Assembly: GCA_964458565.1 (NCBI GenBank)
Contig: CAYWJO010000003.1
Span: 1-64,000 of the forward strand
Direction: 5' to 3'
Source: an uncultured archaeon
GTDB lineage: Archaea > Asgardarchaeota > Thorarchaeia > Thorarchaeales > Thorarchaeaceae
Length of the DNA: 64,000 nucleotides
This document shows positions 20,901 through 28,935 of this stretch, in pieces (positions within the stretch are counted from its first letter, which is position 1; each line of letters begins with the position of its first letter). The notes below the pieces were generated by a model that did not search any database, had not been told where the DNA came from, and worked only from the letters and a program-made list of their open reading frames with translations. A program made the position numbers and the translations under genes.

Positions 20901-22824
20901 TACCTTCATAGTCCATCTGATCAGGACCGTAGAGGTAGTCAAGCCAGTGACTTGTTGTAGAAGCGCCAACAGTTAGAACACCCTTAGCAGCACCAGGTGG
21001 ACCAATTGTCATATATCCTGAACCCTCGTTACCTGCTGAAAATACCTGAAGTACTCCAGGATAGGCACCATCGAGGTAGCCAGGAGTGGACAAGATGTCC
21101 CAAGTGAATGCCAGGTAGTTGAACTCACTGTCGGGTGTTGTGACCCAACCCCAAGAGTTGGTAGTCAGGTCAGATATACCGTGACCAGCGGGATTGTATG
21201 CAAATTCACGGGTTGTCATGTTCGCCATGTGGAAACCACATACCCAGAAGTAGCTTGCATAGTCTGACTGACCGGATAAAGCTCTTACTGACATGATGTC
21301 AGCACCAGGAGCGATACCCTCCATTTTGAAGTATGATTCGTTGTCAAAATTCCACCAGTCATAGAGACCTTGACCTGCAACGTGGAGTGCGGTTGCTGTA
21401 CCGTGAGAGGCATCGTCAAAGTATAGACAGAAAGCCTCACCGTCGGATCTGAAACCGTTGAAGAGTGGTTCGTCATCGAACCATCCTAGACCATCGTAAC
21501 ACCAGGATAATGCACCAAGACTGAAGTCATCGACTCCGTCACCAGTGTAATCATGTGCTACAATTGGATTGCTAAGATCAAAGACCTCGTCGTCCGTGAA
21601 GTCGTAGTCAAGCAGGGCGCTGATTGCGTCGGCAGTGTCATTATCTGTGAGATCTAAGGTCTCATAGTAGAAACCACCTGTCCAGTATAGGTTCCATGCA
21701 TCAGTATCGTCCCAGTTGATGACTAGCTTCCACTCATCATCTACAGTAGAGTTGTAGACAAGAGCTGGTGCGAAGATCTTTGCATAAGGTCCACCCTTCT
21801 GCTGGAAGATATAGTTTAGCATGTAGTCACCATTAACGTCTGATGGAGCTGGTACCTTCATGTCAGGACCAAACATATCAAACAACAGATCACCGGGATC
21901 CACACCCCATGCCCAAGCATAGAGATAGACGAATCCGACATAATCAACGTATCCTACATTTGGAAATGACCCATCACCAATCAGATATCTTCCGCCACCT
22001 TCATTGTTTAGCATTGGACCCTGTGAACCCCAAGCTGAGACGTTGACATAATATTCACCGCCCACCTCATAGGTCAATAGGTTTCCAGCTTCTAACCAAG
22101 CAGTCGCGTTGACAACTGTTGAGTTTGCTCGGTACATGAATGTGAGACCTTCTCCGGTCGCATCATATGTACCACTATCATAGGCATCTTGCAGTTCGGG
22201 ATTGCCGAAGTCAGCACCTGTATCAACATGACCGACTACAACACCTGTACCATCATAACCACTAGCTGTACCGCCATTAGCGCCTACAACCTCTTTAATG
22301 ACGTCCATGTCAATACCCCTGTCACCAGGAGTAGGAGCAATATCAATCTCCTTGACTAGGTCGTCTCTAACTGGGTTCTTGTACAAGTCTGCGTCGATAA
22401 TACCGACACCATCAATGTATGCTAATGTGGATAATGCTTCTGGTGAAGACAGGTAAACAGCAAATACTTTGAATGCATTCAAGTTTACCCACCAACCAAC
22501 TTCTGCTACCTCGGATATAGTTTCCCAGGCAACATCAGGGGTTGCTACAACCAAAGCACCCACATCACCATTGATTCTGGTGACGACATTGTCTGCTAGC
22601 ACACCGGACTCTGCCCATTCCGCCAAGACGGCATCAATCTTTGCACTGAAGCCGGGTTGAGACAGGGTATCATACCACTGCTCAAGTTTGTCTTGGGTTT
22701 CTGGGGAGAGAGAAGGTGGTGCAGCTAGCTCGACTGCGGCTGGAGGTCCAACTGGTGCCATGAAAATAGAAAATGTCAAGGCACAGATGAACAGCAAGAC
22801 TGCCGCCTTTCGCTTTGTGCTCAT
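17989..22824 (-). CDS. Large cell-surface S8 (subtilisin/pyrolysin-like) serine protease with PT linker and C-terminal TM anchor
   Basis: Signal peptide; triad VDTG / HGTAT / SGTSQAAP; SAGNEG oxyanion; large insert between D and H; (TP)19 and S/T linker, TM helix, KKR. Confidence 0.9.
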   Translation of the reverse strand: MSTKRKAAVLLFICALTFSIFMAPVGPPAAVELAAPPSLSPETQDKLEQWYDTLSQPGFSAKIDAVLAEWAESGVLADNVVTRINGDVGALVVATPDVAWETISEVAEVGWWVNLNAFKVFAVYLSSPEALSTLAYIDGVGIIDADLYKNPVRDDLVKEIDIAPTPGDRGIDMDVIKEVVGANGGTASGYDGTGVVVGHVDTGADFGNPELQDAYDSGTYDATGEGLTFMYRANSTVVNATAWLEAGNLLTYEVGGEYYVNVSAWGSQGPMLNNEGGGRYLIGDGSFPNVGYVDYVGFVYLYAWAWGVDPGDLLFDMFGPDMKVPAPSDVNGDYMLNYIFQQKGGPYAKIFAPALVYNSTVDDEWKLVINWDDTDAWNLYWTGGFYYETLDLTDNDTADAISALLDYDFTDDEVFDLSNPIVAHDYTGDGVDDFSLGALSWCYDGLGWFDDEPLFNGFRSDGEAFCLYFDDASHGTATALHVAGQGLYDWWNFDNESYFKMEGIAPGADIMSVRALSGQSDYASYFWVCGFHMANMTTREFAYNPAGHGISDLTTNSWGWVTTPDSEFNYLAFTWDILSTPGYLDGAYPGVLQVFSAGNEGSGYMTIGPPGAAKGVLTVGASTTSHWLDYLYGPDQMDYEGIASFTSKGPAFSGYPKADVLAPGLAGYSGIPWHSTFYADAWGVNPENITLFSGTSQAAPVCAGVVALLVEALGASTPGLLKVIMQSTAVDMGYDPATQGFGRIDADAACDFAANNIGMISQNVDSHNNFAQFIGDAWAYWGILPGSYTGGISVNTTEDSYPTDLWDGSIFFGQVAPGDTVTFYENVWDDEVTLLDYVDDSLSADAYYMREATRMSFSSTTFSYNDTVVADEQMYGWFDLSDELGSAYDTAEGTYSYMTIVVGFDAADVAGAEPWMFLYDWEDNDPADGMPNLWDGVNGNELSRITSASDPSNVNMMPFAVSGSTIGAVLEGDVTLVIHDPAHDVATDWWNATATPGNNFTCTVIFWEAVTDAHISFADGTMGNTIDITLDASGADPGIHQGFIMIDDGGGQTLWIPYSYNVYHAVGGAEGAVNPLVVGYGAEHEPYDNTVYGCMEEDPDDWDFRSFALMVPNVNYLGVRVEWATGGNDMFVSILDSADNELASGSGMTPTSTALIAEVDPGMVYIIVHPLALNGTGTLPATYNIEVMWYNETTEQDLILTWTSNEHPTPTVLNDHETATGDHVIVNATYPEFNLPNMPEFEVDSMTISFLSGVYFVDTKPLVIPDGSYDPFNGIIQLDQFGWNVVHGINEFDLVDIEVDFTNNDCDVMAWWLGTDNSTWTYGNNILGSVMASGAHPEHTTFVASQTGSIVVGCFDYDLNPGTWTLTVDTRVGQSGNAAGGTVLFDTYDFLANSEFQVQVVATTGTNIEFEVNYASLTFVNFLTPIITSVNVTGAGAVKTVNWTVVDNAQDEHTSEILLSFDDGASYMLIAVDVPGYSFIWNSTGWLIRDYIIQIRLSDSDPLNPSVVSRSTIGYSDPFEAGTVPIITPTPTPTPTPTPTPTPTPTPTPTPTPTPTPTPTPTPTPSESTSTTTTEEPTPTVPGIDPVIIGLLAGIGVGVVVVLILFLVKKR
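18131..18244 (-). repeat. Hexanucleotide-based tandem repeat encoding (Thr-Pro)19
   Basis: Mosaic of GGTGTT and GGAGTC-type units on the plus strand. Confidence 0.95.
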
Positions 22825-23120
22825 TTTTATTCTTTCTCCTCACGAGTTAACTAGAGAACAAGTCACCGAGATAGAACGCACTCTCAGCGAAGTAAACCTC
22901 TGTTGCATGCTCATAATTTGCCCGTCGGCCAAGCACGCAAATCTCCTCGAAATATCCGCGTTCTCTTAGTCACATGTGATAGTATCGTCCAGATGAGTAG
23001 TCACTATTAAGCGTTATCATTCAGACGGATGAAAATTCGATAATTCCTTATATACTCTAGTTGTAGAACAAGTATTTCTTCAATAATATGATGAAAATGT
23101 CGACGCAAAGCTAATTGATT

Positions 23121-24182
23121 CTATGTTCGTGACATCTTCTTGACTACGTCCACTATCTCGTGTACCATCATGACTGCACCAATCATCTCAATCTTTGGCT
23201 CTTGTTTATCTTTAAGTTCAGGAGAACCTGCTACTTTTGTTAGTGATTTACGAAGAGTTTCAATTAGTTTGATGAGTGTTAATTTAGCTGATTCGTCGAG
23301 ATTGCTACCTTGTATCATAGAGATTACTTCCATAGTATCCGAAATCACGCTATCTGCCACTTGTGTTGCAGTTTCAGCCCTTCTTGTAAACTCCGCTAAG
23401 AGTTTCTCTTTCACAACTAAATCAGGTGACATTGCAGATGGAGTAGATGTTTCACTCAAAGACACAATACGTGTTTCAAGTTCAATTATCCGATTCTCAA
23501 GTAATTGAATCTGTTCATCCTTTTCTGAAATTGAAGCAAGAAGATCCTGATCCACTTCTGGTGGCATCTCATCAATGGGCGCTTTTGCTGCCTCAACAGC
23601 AGCTGCTCTTAGGGATTCAAGTTCACTCTGTATCACAGTTAATGATGATTCTTTCTCACTAAGGAAGACTTGAAGTTGCTTATTCTCAGCCTCAATAGAG
23701 TGAAGATCTTTTCTGAGTTGCTCGTTTTCATCGATGGTTTCATTCAATTCAGATTGCATAGCTACGATATCAGGTTCTACAGGAATGAGTGTGGAGTGAG
23801 CTACTATTCCTAGGATGACTCCAACCAGTATGATATATGCAACACCTACAAAGACATTACCAAAAATCAAATCCGAGAGAATCTGAAGCACAGCGAGTAC
23901 TGTAACATAGGAACCCAATTGAAAGTCAACAGAAGCCCACCAGACATCCCCAAATCCTGCATATAGTATCAGGAGAAAGGATCCACCGAACAGCAGAATG
24001 GTCATGATGAGAACCAGATTCCGTTTCGTTTCCGTTTGTGGAAGACCGCGTTGATGAAGAAATAGCATTATACCAATCATTATAGCTGGTAGTACGAAAG
24101 GTAATGTTGCAATGAGATTACTACCATGCAAATCGAAATCAATCAAAGATTCAAGTCCGGTGAGATTATTAAATACCAGCAT
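23121..24182 (-). CDS. Hypothetical membrane protein with cytoplasmic coiled coil
   Basis: Three to four N-terminal hydrophobic helices, then long heptad-rich helices (ELNETIDENEQLRKDL.., ISEKDEQIQLLENRIIELE). Confidence 0.75.
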   Translation of the reverse strand: MLVFNNLTGLESLIDFDLHGSNLIATLPFVLPAIMIGIMLFLHQRGLPQTETKRNLVLIMTILLFGGSFLLILYAGFGDVWWASVDFQLGSYVTVLAVLQILSDLIFGNVFVGVAYIILVGVILGIVAHSTLIPVEPDIVAMQSELNETIDENEQLRKDLHSIEAENKQLQVFLSEKESSLTVIQSELESLRAAAVEAAKAPIDEMPPEVDQDLLASISEKDEQIQLLENRIIELETRIVSLSETSTPSAMSPDLVVKEKLLAEFTRRAETATQVADSVISDTMEVISMIQGSNLDESAKLTLIKLIETLRKSLTKVAGSPELKDKQEPKIEMIGAVMMVHEIVDVVKKMSRT

Positions 24183-24304
24183 ATCGTGGACTTCCTAACG
24201 TTTCATGTGTAACACTTTTGTGAATAAATCTATTCTGGCTATCCTATCATGGTAAAAAGAAGTGCGGACCTCCAAGAAAAATAAAGAGCGTCCACTTTTT
24301 TGTT

Positions 24305-24595
24305 CTATCTTTTCCAGAGGTCAGCTTTTGTGCTTTCATGTTCATTGAGAATCAACTCAAGAACCCTGTGTAAACGAGCCACCTCTTCAATGCTTAAGAG
24401 AAATGCACCCTTGATGTCCTTCTCTTCACCGAGTGATAAACGAACACGTCCGTCATTCACCCAGCCCTCTTCAGTTTTCTCAGGGGGTTGATATTGGAAT
24501 TCCAGCCAAGTTCGTCGTGTTTGACCGGTCTGTTTATCATCAAAGAAGTGTTTCAATTGCAGACGACGTTCGTAAAGAGTTGGTTTGTCACCCAT
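24305..24595 (-). CDS. Small hypothetical protein, possible PC4/Whirly-like beta4-alpha fold
   Basis: Clean 96-aa ATG ORF in an intergenic gap; alternating beta pattern, then AFLLSIEEVARLHRVL helix. Confidence 0.7.
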   Translation of the reverse strand: MGDKPTLYERRLQLKHFFDDKQTGQTRRTWLEFQYQPPEKTEEGWVNDGRVRLSLGEEKDIKGAFLLSIEEVARLHRVLELILNEHESTKADLWKR

Positions 24596-24752
24596 TTATT
24601 TGCAACTCCAAATTATTTTCAATAGAAAATACTACATATCAGAATAATACATCATTTCTCGTAGTTTCCGAGTTGGTAATTATAAAGAGTACAAATCCGC
24701 ATGTAAGACAATCCTTATCTGATATCCCTTCAAAACTGAATTTGACTCCCAG

Positions 24753-27662
24753 ATGACGCTATCAAAGAGAAACCACCTTCATCGAATTCTTCTGGTTGCT
24801 GTTCTTGGACTATTACTTCTACCACAACCCCTTATGGTACTGAGTACGACCACAGACACGACAAGCACAGCTCTAGCATATATTGAACCCTTGCTAATTG
24901 AAGAGATGAACTCTAGAGATTCAAAAATACCAATAATTATTCATTTATCTGAAGAGATTGACGAATTCGGGATTGACTGGTTAGTAGAAAGACAAATTCC
25001 CCAAGATACAATCATCAGACATGTTTTTTCAGATATGAAGATGATATCTGCATATGCATCTAGTAAGATTATCAAAACACTTGCATCAATGGAGTCCATA
25101 GATGGTATAACTCTTGATAAGAAATGGTCAATATCTGAGATACCTATTGACTCTACAGAGTATGAAGCAAAAGATGAGATAGAATACATCCACTCTGACA
25201 AATACATGTACGCAGATGATCTCTGGATGGAGGGGTACAATGGATCAGGAGTAACCGTGGCTGTTATTGATAGTGGTGTTGATCCAGACCATCCAGACTT
25301 AGCAGGGCGGATAATCGGATTCAAGGACTATATTGGTGATAGCGAGGATCTTGATCCTATCGATGGTATTGATGCATACGATGATAACGGTCATGGAACA
25401 GCATGCGCGTGGCTGGTCGCAGGGTCGGGAGTGGAAAGCAATGGTACATTCTCAGGAATGGCACCGGGTGCTGATTTACTAATCATTAAGGTTCTAGATT
25501 CTACTGGAGCTGGTGATGACTCCAAAATTGCACAGGGAATAAATTTTGCTAGAGACAATGGAGCTGATATTATCAGTTTGAGTCTTGGAGGGACCTGGAT
25601 TGATGGATTATTTGCAGAACCTTCAGCAGCTGCATGTAAAAACGCTGTTGAAGCAGGAGTTATCGTAATGGTTGCAGCAGGTAACTCGGGTCCAGCAGCA
25701 TACACGATCACATCTCCTGGTATAACTGAAGAAGTCATCACAGTGGGATCGTCAGTCAGAAACACAAGTGTTGTTACCTTCAGTAGCAGAGGACCAGTCG
25801 TGAGGGATGTCACAAGTCCAAATGGTGTATTTCCCAAACCCGATATTCTTGCACCGGGTCGTGAAGTCGTTTCGGGACGTGCTTCTGGAGTGAATCCATT
25901 CGAATATCCAGTTTACGATTTTCTAGAATATGGGGCATCATATACATCTTGGTCTGGTACTTCGGCATCCTGCCCACAGATTGCAGGCCTAGCAGCATTA
26001 CTACTCAACAAACATGGATCAGTAGACCCAATCGTTATGAAAGCAGCACTGATGATCAGTGCCACGGATATTGGAGAGGACCCAATGGCACAGGGTTGGG
26101 GTTTGGCAAATGCGAGCAAAGCTTCAGAATATCTCGTACCTGCTTCACCGGAGATTACTATTCTCTCCCCAAATAGGTATCCAACCCTACCGGGTGGTTC
26201 TTCAATAATGATAGTTGGTGAAGATAGAGAGCCATCAAATATCACAATCATATCAACACATAACGTAGGTTTGTGTGATATTGAAATAACAGGGAATGTT
26301 TCACAATTTCTCCAACTTAATGATGAGAGTGTCCTTGTTGATGTTGGTTACAATTATTTCTCATTAGGAATTGAGATGCCGAGTAACATTGCAATCGCAG
26401 ATATTGGATTATACTCAGGTGAGTTGAGCATAAAATCAGGAGCGTCATCTATTGCAACTATGAATTTGGAAATCTTACTAACCACCTATGGTGGAGGTCT
26501 CTTGGTAGATATGACACATCATGAGCTAGCATATCCTAATGCAGATCCAGATTATCCAGACCAATATAGATACTTCCAGCAATATCTCAAGGAACAAGGC
26601 ATGATTCTCTCTGAATTTGGAGTTCCAAACCCATATGTGATAGAGAGAATTTCAGAGTCTGATCTAGATACAATCGAGGTATTCATGATCATGGACACAG
26701 AGTTGAGCTACACTACTACTGAAATTGAAGCCATTCATGATTTTGTAGAGAATGGAGGAACATTGCTGATTCTTTCTGAGTTTTACAATAGTACTACAGG
26801 GCAAGCATCATTTGGATTAGAAACCTACAATGACATACTAGAACCATTCGGAATCCAGTGTGAACAAATTGGTATAGGAGTCCCTGTAGCTGGACTTGGT
26901 AGCGTATATGGTCCAAACACAACTGGAGCAGTTGAGCCCAGTCCACTCACAGATGGTGTGAATGGAATTTATGTTCTTGCGGGTAGTACACTTAGTGTTG
27001 ATGAGAGCAAAGCAGAAGGGCTATTCTGGGCGGACAATAACAAGCAGCACGCCATCATTGCCTATGCAGAATATGGCGAAGGTCAGGTGATAGCAGTTTC
27101 TGATGGGTCAACACTCTATGATGATATTCTCTTTGATGCCATTCAGAGTGGTGCAGACAATTTGCAGCTACTTAGGAATATCGCACGTGAAATCATACCA
27201 GATAGACCTCGCTTGTATGATGTTGAGATTATCATGGATAGAATTGGTTCACCTGGAAACATTACAGCCTATATTTTTGACGAGGATCTTGTAAGTGTAA
27301 ATATGACCGTCACTACACAGCAAGGGATAATCATCGAAGGAGATGTATTGCAGAGTCAAGGATACAAATACTACAAGTCATTTATTGTCGAATCAGGAGG
27401 ATTCTACACAGTCAACATCGAAATAGCAGATAGTGAAGGTAATCATCGAATACTTGAGAAATTAGTACTCGTACAGGGTTCATTGGTTGAGGATTTAGTC
27501 TTCATAACTGTGCTTTGGTCATTGCTTGGTGTTGTTGCGATTGGATTAGGTTATGTTGGTGTTAAACGATTCGCTGGTGGACGTAGGAAGTCAAGAAGAC
27601 GAGTTGAATCAGAATGGGAACCTGAATGGGAAAGTGATTCTCGACCACCTTCTATTGAATAG
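24753..27662 (+). CDS. Membrane-anchored S8 serine protease with site-1-protease-like (MBTPS1) post-catalytic domains
   Basis: Signal peptide, prodomain, IDSG / HGTAC / AAGN / SGTSAS; Ig-like domain then class-I GATase-like domain (LLVDMTH..EIEAIHDFVENGGTLLILSE..GEGQVIAVSD); C-terminal TM and basic tail. Confidence 0.88.
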   Translation: MTLSKRNHLHRILLVAVLGLLLLPQPLMVLSTTTDTTSTALAYIEPLLIEEMNSRDSKIPIIIHLSEEIDEFGIDWLVERQIPQDTIIRHVFSDMKMISAYASSKIIKTLASMESIDGITLDKKWSISEIPIDSTEYEAKDEIEYIHSDKYMYADDLWMEGYNGSGVTVAVIDSGVDPDHPDLAGRIIGFKDYIGDSEDLDPIDGIDAYDDNGHGTACAWLVAGSGVESNGTFSGMAPGADLLIIKVLDSTGAGDDSKIAQGINFARDNGADIISLSLGGTWIDGLFAEPSAAACKNAVEAGVIVMVAAGNSGPAAYTITSPGITEEVITVGSSVRNTSVVTFSSRGPVVRDVTSPNGVFPKPDILAPGREVVSGRASGVNPFEYPVYDFLEYGASYTSWSGTSASCPQIAGLAALLLNKHGSVDPIVMKAALMISATDIGEDPMAQGWGLANASKASEYLVPASPEITILSPNRYPTLPGGSSIMIVGEDREPSNITIISTHNVGLCDIEITGNVSQFLQLNDESVLVDVGYNYFSLGIEMPSNIAIADIGLYSGELSIKSGASSIATMNLEILLTTYGGGLLVDMTHHELAYPNADPDYPDQYRYFQQYLKEQGMILSEFGVPNPYVIERISESDLDTIEVFMIMDTELSYTTTEIEAIHDFVENGGTLLILSEFYNSTTGQASFGLETYNDILEPFGIQCEQIGIGVPVAGLGSVYGPNTTGAVEPSPLTDGVNGIYVLAGSTLSVDESKAEGLFWADNNKQHAIIAYAEYGEGQVIAVSDGSTLYDDILFDAIQSGADNLQLLRNIAREIIPDRPRLYDVEIIMDRIGSPGNITAYIFDEDLVSVNMTVTTQQGIIIEGDVLQSQGYKYYKSFIVESGGFYTVNIEIADSEGNHRILEKLVLVQGSLVEDLVFITVLWSLLGVVAIGLGYVGVKRFAGGRRKSRRRVESEWEPEWESDSRPPSIE

Positions 27663-28935
27663 GACCAAACATGTTCTCGATGAGGTCTTTCATCCTATGG
27701 TGTGTTGACTCTAGGAGAGGCGAATCCTTTAGTTTCGCTCTGGCTTGAACTTTGTTATATATTTGGTATCCTACTCGTGCTCCCATTCTAGAGGCTATTA
27801 CCTGACCACCAAGCAAATATCCTTCTTTGTCTGTCACAAGGGCAACCTTGGAGAATTCTGCAGGATCTTCAAGATACTGCAACTTGGGCTCAATCTCTAT
27901 CTTGGCAGCGGTAACAGATGAATGCCCAACACAGATGATATCAGTGTTGAAAATTCGATCGTATTGCAAACGAAGAGCAAGATCAGTATAGACCTTCCTC
28001 CCTCCAACAGCAGCAACACCTGCCTGTCTTCCAGCACGAGCTGCAGTGCTACCAGTTGGCATCAAAATAGGTTCTTTTGTAAGAGGGTCGATAATCTCAA
28101 CACAATCGCCAACTGCATAAACGTCTTCAATGGATGTTTCCATTTTGGAGTCTACTGATATACCTCCTGTGGTCCCTATTTTAAGACCAAGGGAATTCGC
28201 AAGAGAGGTGTTTGGTTTGACTCCTGTCATGAAGATGACTGCGTTTCCCGATAACTCATCATCCCCAATCTTAACACCAGTCGCTCGTTTTTCTCCGATA
28301 ACTTCAGTTGGAGACCTCCCAACATGGAGTGTGATGGTTTTGGATATTCGGTCTTGGAGTTCTTCACTCATAGGAGGTTCTAGTAGTCTACGCATAAGAC
28401 GAGACCTAACGACAAGATGAACATCCTTACCAAGTAAATGTAATTTCTCGGCAATCTCAAGTCCGCTGAAACCAGCACCTACCACTATTGCACGTTCTAT
28501 CGAATCCAATTTTCTCTCAAGAAATTTCGCGTCACTCATATCCTGTATTGTATACACACCAGGTAAATCAATGCCAGACAGTTTGGGAACCACTGGCGTA
28601 CCTCCGGTAGCAACTATCAATTTATCATAACTAAGCTCTTGTTCATTACTCTTGGTATCTTTGTACTTCAGAACTCTAGATCCGGAATCACCCTCAGTTA
28701 CTGACACACCTGAAATGACTTTGATATTTCTCTTTTTTAATGTTTCAAAGGACCAGTCGTTTATCACAAGGTCGCTCGTGTCAGGGAATTCAAAAACCAT
28801 TGATACTCCTGGTTTTCTATGCGCATCACTAGTTTCAGATGTTAGGATGGTAACATCGACAGTACTGTCAAACATCTTGGCGGCGGAAGCTGCCGCAACA
28901 CCACCAGGACCATAACCAATAACTACAACTTTCAT
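27652..28935 (-). CDS. FAD-dependent pyridine nucleotide oxidoreductase (NADH oxidase/CoA-disulfide reductase-like)
   Basis: GYGPGG, YDKLIVATGG, GAGFSGLE, TSIEDVYAVGD; ATGA overlap with the upstream S8 gene. Confidence 0.88.
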   Translation of the reverse strand: MKVVVIGYGPGGVAAASAAKMFDSTVDVTILTSETSDAHRKPGVSMVFEFPDTSDLVINDWSFETLKKRNIKVISGVSVTEGDSGSRVLKYKDTKSNEQELSYDKLIVATGGTPVVPKLSGIDLPGVYTIQDMSDAKFLERKLDSIERAIVVGAGFSGLEIAEKLHLLGKDVHLVVRSRLMRRLLEPPMSEELQDRISKTITLHVGRSPTEVIGEKRATGVKIGDDELSGNAVIFMTGVKPNTSLANSLGLKIGTTGGISVDSKMETSIEDVYAVGDCVEIIDPLTKEPILMPTGSTAARAGRQAGVAAVGGRKVYTDLALRLQYDRIFNTDIICVGHSSVTAAKIEIEPKLQYLEDPAEFSKVALVTDKEGYLLGGQVIASRMGARVGYQIYNKVQARAKLKDSPLLESTHHRMKDLIENMFGPIQ

